Source: an uncultured Methanosarcinaceae archaeon (GTDB lineage: Archaea > Halobacteriota > Methanosarcinia > Methanosarcinales > Methanosarcinaceae). From it: a DNA stretch of 64,000 nt. The stretch's first letter is position 1. The number at the start of each line of letters is the position of its first letter. The translations under genes and the position numbers were made by a program. The notes below the pieces were generated by a model. The model made no database searches. It was not told the origin of the DNA and was given only the letters and a program-made list of their open reading frames with translations. Below, one piece after another: positions 11,491 through 23,373 of this stretch. Where the stretch lies: NCBI GenBank assembly GCA_963833425.1, contig CAWHXP010000005.1:160001-224000 (forward strand), in the 5' to 3' direction.

Positions 11491-12379
11491 TTAATAGCTT
11501 AAAACAAAATTTGCATCTATGAAATTTTTTAATTTACTTGCAGGTTATTTGACCTGCATTCTATTTTTGATCTTAAATTATATGTTTGATTATGTATCAA
11601 TTATGCGTTACTATTTGTTTCAAAGATTATGCAAAAAGCGTGTACATAAATCATAATAATTTTATAAAATTTGTATTGACTCTAGTGCTGATTAGACAAG
11701 AGGTAGCAGTAGCAATGGTTTTCAAAATACCTTTATAGAATATAATATATTAGATAGATGTTATTGTGTAGTTATTGCAAACAAAGGCGTCATTGACAAA
11801 TTTTAAGCTCTAAGTTTAGGTATACAACTATTTTAAGAAACAAATTGATAATTAATACACATCGTAGTCTTGTAGCCAGGAAAGAATATTCTGTACCAAA
11901 TAATTTAAAAATCACTTATTCATTTATTCTGAAAAACAACTGCCTTCCAAACACTGCCGTCGGAAATTACCTGTATTCAAGTTTCACATCTGGCGTTGGT
12001 GTTAATTTTGAACTTGTGAAAACTGTGAGCAAAAGCGGATCGCTTAAAAGGAATTTCTTCTGAAATGAAGCAATTTATTAGGAGTTACAAATAACTTAAA
12101 AAAATAGATGAAGAAAATAGAACCATAACAGGATCACCGAAAGAGAGCTAGAATCGAGACTTAATAGAATTATCTCACATTTATCAAGATATCTAAAAAA
12201 TATGTGTTAAAATTCTTAAATAAGTTTGTCGTCCATAATTGAATTATTGATATTTTCATGATCAAATTTGACGTGAAAGTACTATAACTAAAATAGTTTC
12301 TCACATATTTCGGATACTTTTTTCATAATTGTGATTTTTTTTCACTATTATTTTATTTGTGTATCAACAGAGAATACCC

Positions 12380-12690
12380 CAATCTCAAAAATACTTCTCT
12401 TTGGAATTCTCCTTATTGCTGCTCTTGTTCATCTTTTAATATCTCGTTATTTGCAAGCAGACGCAATATAATTGTGAAGATTTTCCTCGCTAAAGCGATA
12501 TTGCCTTTGTCTCTGCAATTGATGTCGCCTTCAGTTAAAGTATTTTTGAATTTTGCTATATTTTGTTCTGCTACTGGAGAGCAATTTGGCTAGAATCTAT
12601 CTTAACATCTTTGATCTAATTTTTTTTATCCTGTCGTTGTAAGATTCATCCGCACATTTGTACACATTTGGAAAAACTTCAAGTTATGGA
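12380..12690 (-). mobile_element. IS110-family transposase C-terminal remnant
   Basis: Fragments VFPNVYKCAD and IALARKIFTIILRLLANNE. Confidence 0.6.
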
Positions 12691-12725
12691 ACAAGCTTAT
12701 CTCCTAAAAAAATATTTAAATTTGG

Positions 12726-13160
12726 TTATTTTAGCAATTAGAGTTACTGCACTAATTTATCAATGCTATGAACAGAGATAGAATTTAATAAAAAATGATA
12801 TTTAGTCGCACTTTGGATCTAAACTTCGTAGTATGGAGGACAGGAATTATGAGCTGATCCGAAGATTCAAAGCAACAACTTCACCACTTCATGATTCAAG
12901 TATAGATTTATCTGAAAAAATGTAGTGCCTTACAAAGTCAAAGAGTACTTTGGAGAAAAATCAAAGGTTACGATGCAACAATGGAAAAAGTAGTAAAAAG
13001 AAGACTCTCGGGAATGAGTGATATATTCAAAAACAAGAGGAGGATTAAAAGAGTTTCAGGAGAACGAATCGACACCCTGGCTTAAAAGATATTCAGAGTA
13101 GTAAAAGTTCTTGTCACTGCTATTCGAAGATTAAATTTGAGGATGCGTATATAGTTTTTT
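12726..13160 (+). mobile_element. IS5-family transposase remnant, copy 1
   Basis: Frameshifted pieces SHFG.KL, YELIRRFKATT, LHDSSIDLSEK, EYFG.KSKGYDATM, KVLVT. Confidence 0.65.
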
Positions 13161-13584
13161 TTAAAGAGGATTCTGATAAACCTCTTATTTTCAAGAATAT
13201 CTATATACCCCTTATATGAATATTACCAAATTTAGGGATTTATCCTTAACCTCTATAATCCCTATAGTTTGACGACATTGAGACTAAAAAGACTATTTTT
13301 AGGATAGTGGGATCTATCTTCGAAATCAAAGCAATAATGAGACAGAAATGAAAAAATAGGGTCAAATGCAGAAATTAGCGAGAAGGATTTGGGCAGGATT
13401 CCCGCAAAAAAAATAAGGTAAATTGGAATTCTCTATAATTAAATAACATTACAAAAGTAAAATATAAAAGTGAATGCTTGAATAAAAAGAAACTAGGCCG
13501 CTTAATTTTCTCAAGCTAAACAAAACGGGATAATTTGAGAGTGGAGTTTTCAGACTGAATTAGGCATAGTGTGATTCTCTCTGC

Positions 13585-13788
13585 TTAGTACCTTTCCTCT
13601 CTGGGCTTCCTGTGGTTGGGAAGACACTCTCTGCAATAGACAGGTCTATCAGGGTCAGGCTTGAAAGGTACCTGTGTCTCAACGCCGCAATCAGAGCACG
13701 TTGCATTGTGCATTTCCTTTGGGCCACCGAAGCCACCGCGATTTCGGTCTTTCCCCTTTGAGGAACTACCTCTGTCATTAAAAGCCAT
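13585..13788 (-). CDS. CxxC-x17-CxxC zinc-ribbon protein
   Basis: EMHNATCSDCGVETQVPFKPDPDRPVYCRECL; GGAGGTG RBS before MAFNDR. Confidence 0.9.
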   Translation of the reverse strand: MAFNDRGSSSKGKDRNRGGFGGPKEMHNATCSDCGVETQVPFKPDPDRPVYCRECLPNHRKPREERY

Positions 13789-14169
13789 TTTCTTTTCACC
13801 TCCGTTCGCAACGGATAGCCAATAGTTTAAAAACAAGAATTATATAACTCTTTGATTAAAAACAGAAATTAGTTTTTAATAACAGATTATACGCCTCTTT
13901 ATTTTCAATATTCTTATTATACAGTCAAATAATATAAGTCTTACTCATAAAAATGAATACAAAAGATGAATAACACTTTTATCCCCGTAGCTGACTGTTT
14001 TTAAATAAACCTGTTGAACTCCTCAAAGATATTCCAATTACATTAAAATTAACATGAAGATTACCTATAAAGTTAGGAAATTTTTGTTCAAAATCCATTT
14101 TTTCGATGTTTTTTGACATAGGAATATATGAGTCAGTCTCCTCACATATGCTCCACATTCTTATTCTCT

Positions 14170-14490
14170 GTGAGTGTGATTATTCCATGAATCATTGTTA
14201 TGTGTTCATCAACCCAGAATCTATCAGTCTTAATAATTTCCCCCTCAAATTTCTCCTGTTTTATACCCTGTTTCATCTTTAGATATGTCATTATTTGATG
14301 GGATTCTATATTACAGTGACTATTTACCCTTCCAGTAGAATCATTGTCTTTACATTTTCAATTGATTTCTTTTTCCAGTTAAAAAACTTTTTTAATTTGC
14401 TCTTTATTTCTTGCTGCTGCCTGAACAATTTATTTTAGAATCCTTTTTGTCCTTTTATCCTCTTTTTGTGACTCTACTGTTGCACAATTT
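14170..14490 (-). mobile_element. IS110-family transposase C-terminal remnant, copy 2
   Basis: Fragments IVQAAARNK, KLKKFFN and SKDETGYK. Confidence 0.55.
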
Positions 14491-14494
14491 ATCT

Positions 14495-14960
14495 TTATTT
14501 TAGCAATTAGAGTTACTGCAATAATTTATCAATGCTCGGAACAGAGATAGAATCTAATAAAAATGATGTTAAGTCACACTTCGGATATGAACTTCGTAGT
14601 ATGATAAACAGGAATTATGACTGATCAAAGATTCAGAACAACAACTTCACTACTTCATGATTCAAGTATAGATTTATCAGAAAAAAAGTAGTGTCTTGCA
14701 AAGACAGAGAGTACTTTGGAGCAAAATCAAAGGTTCTGATTCAACAATAAAAAGAGTAATAAAAAGAACACACTCTGTGAATAAGTAATATATTACGAAG
14801 CAAGAGGGTCAGCTAAAAAAAGCTTCAAGATAATGGATTTGTCTAGTAACTAAAGTGATATTTAAATCAGGATAAGTTCTTGTCACTACTTTCAAAAAGT
14901 GAATCTGAAAATGTTGTGCACATATTTTTGTTATATGCTCTATCAGTTTATGGCATTCAA
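14495..14960 (+). mobile_element. IS5-family transposase remnant, copy 2
   Basis: Diverged direct repeat of 12726-13160 (SHFGYELR, RFRTTTSLLHDSSIDLSEK). Confidence 0.65.
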
Positions 14961-15459
14961 AACAAAAGAAGTATTTTGAGGACATTGGAAGCTATCTTTA
15001 AAATCAAAGAATGATGGATCCGATAGAAATCGGATCAAATAAAGAAATCCGCGATAAAATTTCGGACAGAATTCCTGCGAAGAAAAAAATTTGAGGTGAA
15101 TCAGAATCCTCTTTATTTTGTCTGAATCTGTTTTAGCTTCATTTTCGATGAAAATTGCTCAGAATGACATCTCTTTGTGAATGTTGAGATTATGCAAAAC
15201 AAGTTTGACTACTTCTGCTTTGTATTATTTTCAAATGGGTAGAATCGTTATGGATTGTGCACAATCAGTCCTGATTCTTCTTTTGATGGCCGAAGCAACT
15301 CTTTTTCCTGCTTTGGATGCTACATCAAATAACATCTTTGCTGTCCTATTCCCAAATATTCACAATTTTACTTTTTTGAGTCTCCAAGCTTCATAAGACC
15401 GATCATTCTCTCATCTTTAAGCAGTTGCTTTGTTCCTTCGCGAAGCTACCTGAAAATAA

Positions 15460-15960
15460 TTACCAATCAATTTTTATTTCAACTGGTTTTTCTTCAATAC
15501 AACGTCTAAAAGTAACTTCCAGCACTCCATTTTTATAGTTGGCTTTTGCACTATTTGTATCCACACGTACTGGAAGCTCTACATTTTCTGAATATTCAAA
15601 AGGTTTAATGATCCTTATTTCTAAATTTTGAGCAGTCGCTTGCAGAAGGATATTTTCCTTTTTAATCTCTGAAAATTCTGCAAGTACATGTACCAATTCT
15701 TCGTTTTCAAAAATATCAATTAAAGGATCTTTTACTTCGGAGGGAAAGATCTTCTCGCCATTTTGCGGATATTCTGAAATATTTCCAAACTTCTGGAATT
15801 CAGGATCTTCTCCTGAGCGACGAATGATGGAAAATCCGTATACGAATGGAATCGAGTCTCCCATTTCTTCCAGGAGAGTTTCGATTATTTCTTCCAAGTT
15901 GTCAAAAAGTTCAGCTCCAAAATCTTCAAAGAAATCCTTTCTTTTTCTTATGCCCACCAT
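15460..15960 (-). CDS. Small heat shock protein Hsp20
   Basis: PFVYGFSI, DPLIDIFE, VELPVRVD...AKANYKNGVLEV; likely start MVGIRK after a GAGGT RBS. Confidence 0.9.
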   Translation of the reverse strand: MVGIRKRKDFFEDFGAELFDNLEEIIETLLEEMGDSIPFVYGFSIIRRSGEDPEFQKFGNISEYPQNGEKIFPSEVKDPLIDIFENEELVHVLAEFSEIKKENILLQATAQNLEIRIIKPFEYSENVELPVRVDTNSAKANYKNGVLEVTFRRCIEEKPVEIKIDW

Positions 15961-15994
15961 TATTACCTCTGCTTTTCCTCGCGCTCCCAAGAGA

Positions 15995-16531
15995 TTACTC
16001 AATATTGATTGAGGATCGAGAACTGGATTCTAGCCTCTTTAAAATTACTTCCAGCACGCCGTTTTTATATGTGGCTCTTGCACTCAGGGGGTCAACCTTC
16101 ACCGGCAGTTCCACAAGTTCGGAATATTTTGGATTCCCATCTATTGTTTTGATGTCAAGTATTAAATCAGTTGCGTTTAACAGAATATTTTCTTTCTCAA
16201 TGCCCGGTATTTCAGCGATCACATGCAGTGTATCCTCGGTTTCCAGGATATCAATGAGAGGTTTTCTTATGTCAAGATAGCGTTTGTCCCCTATTTCTAT
16301 TTGCTCAGATGTAGGAATATTTCCAAATTCTCGGATTTTAGGGCCTTCTTCTCGTCTCTGGTTTACAGAAAAGCCGTAAACAAAAGAATTTTGCTCAAAA
16401 TATTCTATATTTATACCTATTATCCTGTTGAGGCAATCAAAAATTTCGTCCATGCTCTGAAAGGCATCGATTCCAAAAATTTTATCGAAAAATACTCTCC
16501 TTTTTCTCTCGTCTCTGTCCATCGTCATCAC
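15995..16531 (-). CDS. Small heat shock protein Hsp20
   Basis: FVYGFSV...IREFGNI, PLIDILE, VIAEIPG, ATYKNGVLEV. Confidence 0.92.
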   Translation of the reverse strand: MMTMDRDERKRRVFFDKIFGIDAFQSMDEIFDCLNRIIGINIEYFEQNSFVYGFSVNQRREEGPKIREFGNIPTSEQIEIGDKRYLDIRKPLIDILETEDTLHVIAEIPGIEKENILLNATDLILDIKTIDGNPKYSELVELPVKVDPLSARATYKNGVLEVILKRLESSSRSSINIE

Positions 16532-16662
16532 TTAGTTATTAAATTATCGATTTTCAGTTTATTGAAATTGAGAATTGATGAAACAACAAATATCTTTGAG
16601 TAGTTCCTTCAAATTCCAAAAACTGAAAATGCTGAATTTTTCCGTTCTTTCAAGCAGAAGGC

Positions 16663-18927
16663 TTAATCTGCCTGAAGCAGACTTAGAGTATTTTTATGTT
16701 CAATTTCTTTTTCTTGCTCTCCAGCCTCAAAATCTTCTTCTTCAAGATCAGTTGCATATTTCGCAAAAAGTTCAGTACTTTGGTCATAGATCTTAAGAGA
16801 ATCCTTAGATGTTGTAGGTTTTACACGACGTATCGCTCGCTCGAAATGGGTTTTCGAAATCTTGACTTCTCTTGCCTTTTCCTCAATATCTTTTCGTGCA
16901 ATACCAGGAGTAACTATCGATCTGAGAGCTAACATTGCAGCTTCCCTACAGACGCTTCCGATATCTGCACCTACATATCCTTCGGTGATATCAGCAAGCT
17001 CAGAAAGTCTCACATCCTCAGTAAGGGGTTTTCCTCGTGTATGGATCTCAAATATTTTTTCTCTGCTCTCTTTTCCAGGAGGCTTAATATAAATGAGTCT
17101 GTCAAAACGACCGGGTCTTAGAAGGGCGGAATCTACCATATCTGGCCGATTTGTAGCTGCGACTATGATCACATCCTTTAGCTCCTCTACTCCATCCAAC
17201 TCGGTGAGTATCTGGCTGACGACTCTTTCGGATACATGTGTATCGGATACAGAGCTTCTTTGAGGAGCAATTGAATCGATCTCGTCAAAGAAAATTACAG
17301 TAGGAGCAGCTTGTTTTGCTTTCCGGAAGGTTTCCCTTATTGCGCGTTCAGATTCACCTACGTACCTGCTGAGAAGTTCTGGGCCTTTAATACTGATGAA
17401 ATTTGCTTCACTCTCGCTGGCCACGGCTTTTGCAAGCAGAGTTTTACCCGTACCAGGTGGTCCGAAAAGTAATACCCCTCTTGGAGGCTTTATACTAACG
17501 GTTTTGAATATTTGTGGGTACTTCAAAGGCCATTCTACAGCCTCAATCAGTTCTTGTTTTGCCTTTTCAAGTCCACCGATATCATCCCAGCTCACATGTG
17601 GAACCTCAACATAAACTTCCCTCATGGCTGAAGGCTCGATGTTTTTCAGGGCTTCCCTAAAGTCTTCTTTTGTAACCTCAAGGTTATCAAGGATCTCCTG
17701 TGGGATTTCTTCTTCCATATCTATTTTGGGAGTGATTCTTCTTAGAGCGTGCATTGCAGCTTCCTTACAGAGGGATGATAAATCAGCTCCCACAAACCCA
17801 TGAGTCACATCGGCTATTTCACCAAGGCTTACATCCTGTTCGATGGGCATGCCTCTGGTGTGAATGAGAAGAATCTGCTTCCTGCCATTTCTATCGGGAA
17901 TTCCGATCTCTATCTCCCTATCAAACCTTCCGCCACGGCGGAGTGCTTCGTCTATTGAGTTTGGTCGGTTTGTAGCAGCGATTACAACTACTTGACCCCG
18001 GGTCTTAAGCCCGTCCATTAATGAAAGCAGCTGGGCAACTACCCTGCGTTCCATTTCTCCGGTGACTTCGCTTCTTTTAGGAGCTATAGAGTCAATCTCG
18101 TCTATAAAGATGATAGAAGGTGCATCTTTCTCAGCTTCTTCAAAAATTTCTCGAAGCTTATGCTCGCTTTCTCCGTAATACTTGGAAACTATCTCAGGAC
18201 CACTGATAGTGATGAAGTTGGCATCAGTTTCACTTGCTACTGCCTTTGCGATTAATGTTTTGCCCGTTCCCGGAGGACCATGAAGAAGAACCCCTTTTGG
18301 GGGTTCAATCCCAAGCTTCTGGAATAGTTCAGGATGTCTCAGTGGCAGCTCGATCATTTCTCTGACAAGCTGAATTTCTCGCCTAAGCCCACCTATATCC
18401 TCATATGAAATACCTTCCTGAATCCTAATTTCCTCAACATTTTTTTCCTTGATTAGGATTTCAGTGTCCTTGGTGACAACCACAGGACCTGCAGGTTTTG
18501 TCGATGCCACAACGAAAGTTAGGGGGTTATTTACAGTTTCCACCCTTATCTGTTGACCTTTGTTCAGAGGCCTTCCCTCAATAATTCTGAGGATATAGTG
18601 TGCGCCTCCAACAAGTCTTATAGGCTGGAAAGGAGCTAGAGTAATCCTCTGAGCATGTTTTGCCTGGACTTTCTGAATAGTGACCCTATCGTCAATCCCT
18701 ACTTTTGCATTGCTACGCAGGTTTCCATCTATTCGTATCCTATTTTCCTGTTCCCGTTCTACGTTTGGCCAGGCGATTGCATAAGTTTTTGCTTTTCCTG
18801 CGATTTCAATAATATCCCCGCTTATCAGCCCCATCTGCTGCATCAGCCGAGTATCTATTCTTGCAATTCCCCTGCCTACGTCTTTGTGATAAGCTTCAGT
18901 TACTCTCAGATTAATTTCTTCAATCAT
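16663..18927 (-). CDS. cdc48: CDC48/VCP-family AAA ATPase (VAT)
   Basis: N-domain [10 protein letters not shown]; two AAA modules, each with GPPGTGKT and [11 protein letters not shown] motifs RRGGRFDRE and RPGRFDR. Confidence 0.97.
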   Translation of the reverse strand: MIEEINLRVTEAYHKDVGRGIARIDTRLMQQMGLISGDIIEIAGKAKTYAIAWPNVEREQENRIRIDGNLRSNAKVGIDDRVTIQKVQAKHAQRITLAPFQPIRLVGGAHYILRIIEGRPLNKGQQIRVETVNNPLTFVVASTKPAGPVVVTKDTEILIKEKNVEEIRIQEGISYEDIGGLRREIQLVREMIELPLRHPELFQKLGIEPPKGVLLHGPPGTGKTLIAKAVASETDANFITISGPEIVSKYYGESEHKLREIFEEAEKDAPSIIFIDEIDSIAPKRSEVTGEMERRVVAQLLSLMDGLKTRGQVVVIAATNRPNSIDEALRRGGRFDREIEIGIPDRNGRKQILLIHTRGMPIEQDVSLGEIADVTHGFVGADLSSLCKEAAMHALRRITPKIDMEEEIPQEILDNLEVTKEDFREALKNIEPSAMREVYVEVPHVSWDDIGGLEKAKQELIEAVEWPLKYPQIFKTVSIKPPRGVLLFGPPGTGKTLLAKAVASESEANFISIKGPELLSRYVGESERAIRETFRKAKQAAPTVIFFDEIDSIAPQRSSVSDTHVSERVVSQILTELDGVEELKDVIIVAATNRPDMVDSALLRPGRFDRLIYIKPPGKESREKIFEIHTRGKPLTEDVRLSELADITEGYVGADIGSVCREAAMLALRSIVTPGIARKDIEEKAREVKISKTHFERAIRRVKPTTSKDSLKIYDQSTELFAKYATDLEEEDFEAGEQEKEIEHKNTLSLLQAD

Positions 18928-19616
18928 TTATTCTCAGCTCCAGTCTCACATAGTCGCCAATAGTGTTGATTATTTTTAATGCTATACTCGATGAATCCTC
19001 TCTCCTCAAGGTCTATTAGATTGGCATTGATAATGCTCGGATGCAGACGCAGGTTGTAGCATAGGGCAGCTAGAGTCGTTTCACTTTTTAGAAGCTCAAA
19101 AAGAAGTTCGCACTCTACAGGGTTTTTGGCGATCTCTTCAATTGAGTCTATGCAGAGGTTCATCATTTCTGTGTACTCAACCTGAAGATGCGTCTGCATC
19201 TGTGCTAGCTCTTTCTGTCTTTTTTTCAGCTCCTGGAGTCTGCTGCTCAATTTCAGGAAGAAAAAAGACGATTCTTCTATTGCAGTAGTTTCCTTCTTCC
19301 CAGTTACATAAGATTCTCCTATTATCTCCTTGTCAAAAGCAAGATCTTGAAGTGTCACAGTATAGGAGTATGGCGACACTGAGACTTCAAGTCGCATGTT
19401 ATTTACAATATTGAAGTACTTGCGCCTCTGTTCGTCAACGCTGTACTCTATTAACCCTGCCTGTTCAAGCAGATTCAGATGACTTATTATAGCTTTTGGC
19501 CCTACTCCCAGTCTGCTTGCTATCTCACTTACATAACAGGGGCGATTTGCAAGAAGCTGAATAATCTTCCTACGGTTCTCATTTCCCAGAATGTCAAGTA
19601 ATTTTGCAGGATCCAT
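18924..19616 (-). CDS. ArsR-family transcriptional regulator (HSR1-like heat-shock regulator)
   Basis: [27 protein letters not shown]...[14 protein letters not shown]...RRKYF; overlaps the cdc48 start. Confidence 0.88.
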   Translation of the reverse strand: MDPAKLLDILGNENRRKIIQLLANRPCYVSEIASRLGVGPKAIISHLNLLEQAGLIEYSVDEQRRKYFNIVNNMRLEVSVSPYSYTVTLQDLAFDKEIIGESYVTGKKETTAIEESSFFFLKLSSRLQELKKRQKELAQMQTHLQVEYTEMMNLCIDSIEEIAKNPVECELLFELLKSETTLAALCYNLRLHPSIINANLIDLEERGFIEYSIKNNQHYWRLCETGAENK

Positions 19617-19796
19617 TTTTTTCCCCTATAGTACTTGTTAAAGTATTTCGACAACAATATCGAATTTTTACCTTCAGGATACTTTTCAAATGGATTTTAA
19701 TAATCAGTAATTTTTTAAGTAAATTCTAACAGGGTTACTTAAATCCCTTGAAAACTTTGGCCAGGGGACTGACTGCGGATTAGTATGCAATTGATA

Positions 19797-19828
19797 ATAA
19801 CTAACAGTTAGTATTAATTGTATATAAT
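19797..19828 (-). promoter_or_regulatory. TATA box and palindromic operator of the heat-shock operon
   Basis: Minus-strand TTATATA at ~19821-19827; ATAAC-N5-GTTAG at 19797-19811 overlaps the palindrome ACTAAC-A-GTTAGT. Confidence 0.6.
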
Positions 19829-21086
19829 CTTACCTAAATTCAACTTACAGATATTGTAGCTTACGGATCAACAAAATTAGTGAGAAATGCTATAGCATAA
19901 ATAAACATAAAAACTTTGCAATATTTATATTTTGCTTTATCTGGTAAAGTTCCTATATTAATATAATAAATATATTTGATTTTACATATTTTACTAATTA
20001 ATACAGTATGATATCACAAAGAAGTATTATATCACAAATATCACAAGAATGTTTTTATAAGAAAAATTGAGAAATAAAAGAATATAAATTCTAAAATTTA
20101 ATTATATTGAACAAACAAAAGCATAAAGCTAATTAAGGCATACATAAAGAGAATTTTGATAAATCTTCATGCGTTTGAATATTGTGTTTGAATCTGATAG
20201 TACTAATTTTTACTCATGAAAATTTTTACTTATCTTGCTCTTAAAGGAGAATACAAACTCTCAGTTAGTTGGAGACAAACTTGCTGGAATTGATTCCTTG
20301 ATTAATTGGAAGTTTTTTCGTATCATTTTCGAGTCCATGTATTTTTAAATAGAAGTTTTCTGAGGCAGGCCTGAAGATTATGCAATTATAACTCTTAAAA
20401 GAATTGTTTTACAGAAATAGCATGATCCTTTCGACTTTGAGCTTGGGAAACAATGTATTGATTGAATTTTCTTCAGGAACTTTCTTGTTTTTCTGAGTAC
20501 ATACTTGACTGTACCCGGTCCGATAGATTAGAAAAAGAATTATTTGTAACTGCAGGAGAAGAAATAAGGAACAATTGAAAGACTACTTGATTGCACTAGT
20601 TTTGAAAAATAAAAATGGTAACTGGGTAATGGCAGAATACATGAGAAAATTTAAAATTCATGCACTATCAATGGCGTTGGTAACGTTTAAGATGTTAATA
20701 ATTTTCTGACAAACAAAAATGTATTTATGCTATCTGCTGCTGGTAAATCGTCTATTTTGCTAACAAAAAATATATTAACGTAGTACCAATGATAGCATTC
20801 AAATTACGACGAAAATAGAACAAAATTAAAATGGAAGGTAATAGTTATCAAAATGGTCCGCATTTGGGTGAAAATAGATTATGGCACATTCACAAACGAA
20901 TTAATTTGGTTATTTCCATTTAAAATTTATTCTACATTTTTAGGTATTTTATATACTGAAAACGCTTGAGCATAGGATTCGTAAATTTTCATCAAATGCA
21001 ATAGAAGCACTTTTTTTTGGATTTATCTATAGCTCAAGGACACGAAAAAATTATATATAAATTTAAAATAGAGGCAGGAAAAAGTT

Positions 21087-21926
21087 TCAATCATTTCCGA
21101 GTTCTTTTGAGCATTTATTTTTCCTTAGTTCTTTTGAGCGTTCACTTGCCCTAATTACTGCGCTCATAAATGCAGCCCTGATTCCGGCTTCTTCAAGAGC
21201 ATGAATGCCTTGAATCGTAGTTCCGGCTGGAGAAGTGACCATATCTTTGAGTTCTCCTGGATGCATACCTGTTTCAAGGACCATTTTTGCAGCTCCAAGC
21301 ACAGTCTGAGCTGCCAATATCTGGGCACTTTTTCTATCCATTCCTTCAAGAACAGCTCCATCAGCCATTGCCTCGATAACAGGGAAAATAAAAGCTGGCC
21401 CGCTTCCTGAAAGACCAGTAACAGCATCCATGAGAGATTCAGGCACCTGGACTGCTGTACCAACTGCAGAAAATATCTCAAGAGTAATCTTCAGGTCCTC
21501 AGGAGTGGCATTCTTGCCAAGTGCAATTCCTGAAGCAGCTTCCAAAACTGTGGCTGCAATGTTCGGCATTACACGTATAATCCTGGTGCCTTTGAGGAGG
21601 GCATGTTCATAAGTGAAAAGAGGCACGCCTGCAGCAATCGAAATCACAAGTTTGTCAGAAGTTATGTAATCCCTTAAATCTACGAGAACAGATTCTAATG
21701 TATTTGGTTTCACTGCGAGAATAAGAATATTCGATTTCTGAGCAATAACGACATTGTCAGTCGATACCATTATCCCCATCTTTGCTTGCAGGTCTCTCAG
21801 AAAAGGCTCGTAGACATCACTTGCACCAATATTGTCATGTTTTACGATTCCGGCTTTGATAATGCCCTTAATGATAGCAGATCCCATTTTTCCTGCTCCT
21901 ATAAATCCTATATTTCGGTTTTCCAT
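21087..21926 (-). CDS. proC: Pyrroline-5-carboxylate reductase
   Basis: IGFIGAGKMG, ILAVKP, ISIAAGV, RVMPN, TGLSGSGPAF, VTSPAGTTI. Confidence 0.97.
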   Translation of the reverse strand: MENRNIGFIGAGKMGSAIIKGIIKAGIVKHDNIGASDVYEPFLRDLQAKMGIMVSTDNVVIAQKSNILILAVKPNTLESVLVDLRDYITSDKLVISIAAGVPLFTYEHALLKGTRIIRVMPNIAATVLEAASGIALGKNATPEDLKITLEIFSAVGTAVQVPESLMDAVTGLSGSGPAFIFPVIEAMADGAVLEGMDRKSAQILAAQTVLGAAKMVLETGMHPGELKDMVTSPAGTTIQGIHALEEAGIRAAFMSAVIRASERSKELRKNKCSKELGND

Positions 21927-22084
21927 AAATGATCCTCCTTATTTCCAACGACGATTACGATATAAAGAGATACTGTCTGTATTAATTGCAAAATAATTTC
22001 GCAGAACCTTATAGGATCGAGAAAGATTCCAAGTGATAAAAAATTTATCTAAACTTTTCAAGACTATATATTGCTTTAATTTAA

Positions 22085-23233
22085 TTATTCCAATATGCCA
22101 ATATTTTCTTTTTTTATTACATTATCATAATTTTTATAGCCCAAAATACTTTCAATTTTATTTGTATGGGCTCCTTTTATTTTAATAAGTTCTTGAGAGG
22201 TGTAATCTGTTATTCCCTTTGAAAAAATCCTGCCTTCACATTCTATTTTTACTACGTCTCCCCTATCAAAAATTCCCTCAACATCTACAACACCTGCTGG
22301 AAGAAGGCTTTTTTTTCCTAGAATCGCAGCCTTTGCACCTGCATCTACATGAATAGTGCCAGAAGCCCTTGAAAGAATGATCCAACGGGAACGGTTTTTC
22401 GGTATACACCCCTCTGATAGAAAGAAGGTTCCGATATCTTTCCCTGAAATAGCACCCAGAACTACATTCTCAATTTCGCTGTTCGCAATTAACATGTAAC
22501 AACCTGCCATGCTACAGATCTTAGCAGCTTGTATCTTGGTTTTCATTCCGCCTACACCCTTGAAGCTTGTAGAGTCACCACCATAACTCTCTATTTCGGG
22601 TGTGATCTTTTCCACAAGGGACAGAAATCTGGCATCGTTATTCGTCTTGGGGTTCCTGTCAAACAGACCGTCGATGTCCGACAGGATAATCAGAAAATCG
22701 GCGTCTATTTTGCTTGCAACCATTGCAGAAAGTTTGTCATTGTCCCCGAATATTGCTTCAATCTCATTTGTACATATGCAGTCGTTTTCATTTATTATTG
22801 GAATGACCCCATACTCCAGGAGGGTAGATATACTGTTCCTCAAGTTGAGGTAAGATACTCTATCCGAATAGAATTCATAAGTAAGAAGGATCTGAGCGAC
22901 TTTCAGGTTATGCTTTAAAAAAGCTTCGCTCCAGTACTGCATTAGAATGCTTTGTCCAACAGCTGCCGCTGCCTGCCTAATAGGTATTTCACGGGGCTTT
23001 GGAGCAATACCCAGTTCTTGAAGTCCTACGGTAATTGCTCCTGAACTTACTATAATTATTTCTTTCCCCTGCTTTCGAAGCTCGAAAACCTGGGCTGCAA
23101 TACTTTCCATAAAAGTGGGATCAATACTACAATTTTCCTTTGTATCGGTACAATTTTTTTTTGTAATAGATGAAGTGCCTATCTTGATAACGATTTTATT
23201 CACATCATTGAGAAATTGTTTTCTATCTGCCAC
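22085..23233 (-). CDS. proB: Glutamate 5-kinase with PUA domain
   Basis: IVIKIGTSS, VSSGA, AAAVGQ, PIINEND, FGDNDKLSA, GGMKTK. Confidence 0.97.
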   Translation of the reverse strand: MADRKQFLNDVNKIVIKIGTSSITKKNCTDTKENCSIDPTFMESIAAQVFELRKQGKEIIIVSSGAITVGLQELGIAPKPREIPIRQAAAAVGQSILMQYWSEAFLKHNLKVAQILLTYEFYSDRVSYLNLRNSISTLLEYGVIPIINENDCICTNEIEAIFGDNDKLSAMVASKIDADFLIILSDIDGLFDRNPKTNNDARFLSLVEKITPEIESYGGDSTSFKGVGGMKTKIQAAKICSMAGCYMLIANSEIENVVLGAISGKDIGTFFLSEGCIPKNRSRWIILSRASGTIHVDAGAKAAILGKKSLLPAGVVDVEGIFDRGDVVKIECEGRIFSKGITDYTSQELIKIKGAHTNKIESILGYKNYDNVIKKENIGILE

Positions 23234-23373
23234 TCATAAAGCCTCTTAGGGTGTGTTGAAAATACGGTTGAAATAAATTTTTAACCGCAATCTAAGTTTC
23301 GGTCACTTTTAATAAATTTGCGCTTGGTTTTCAATTCAGAATTATTATTCTCATCGCAAATCTTAAAGGACTT

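Noticed and set aside
15824..18963. Multiple + strand short ORFs over hsp20/cdc48 (similar ones lie over proABC, manC and others)
   Set aside because: Antisense or alternative-frame shadows of well-supported genes
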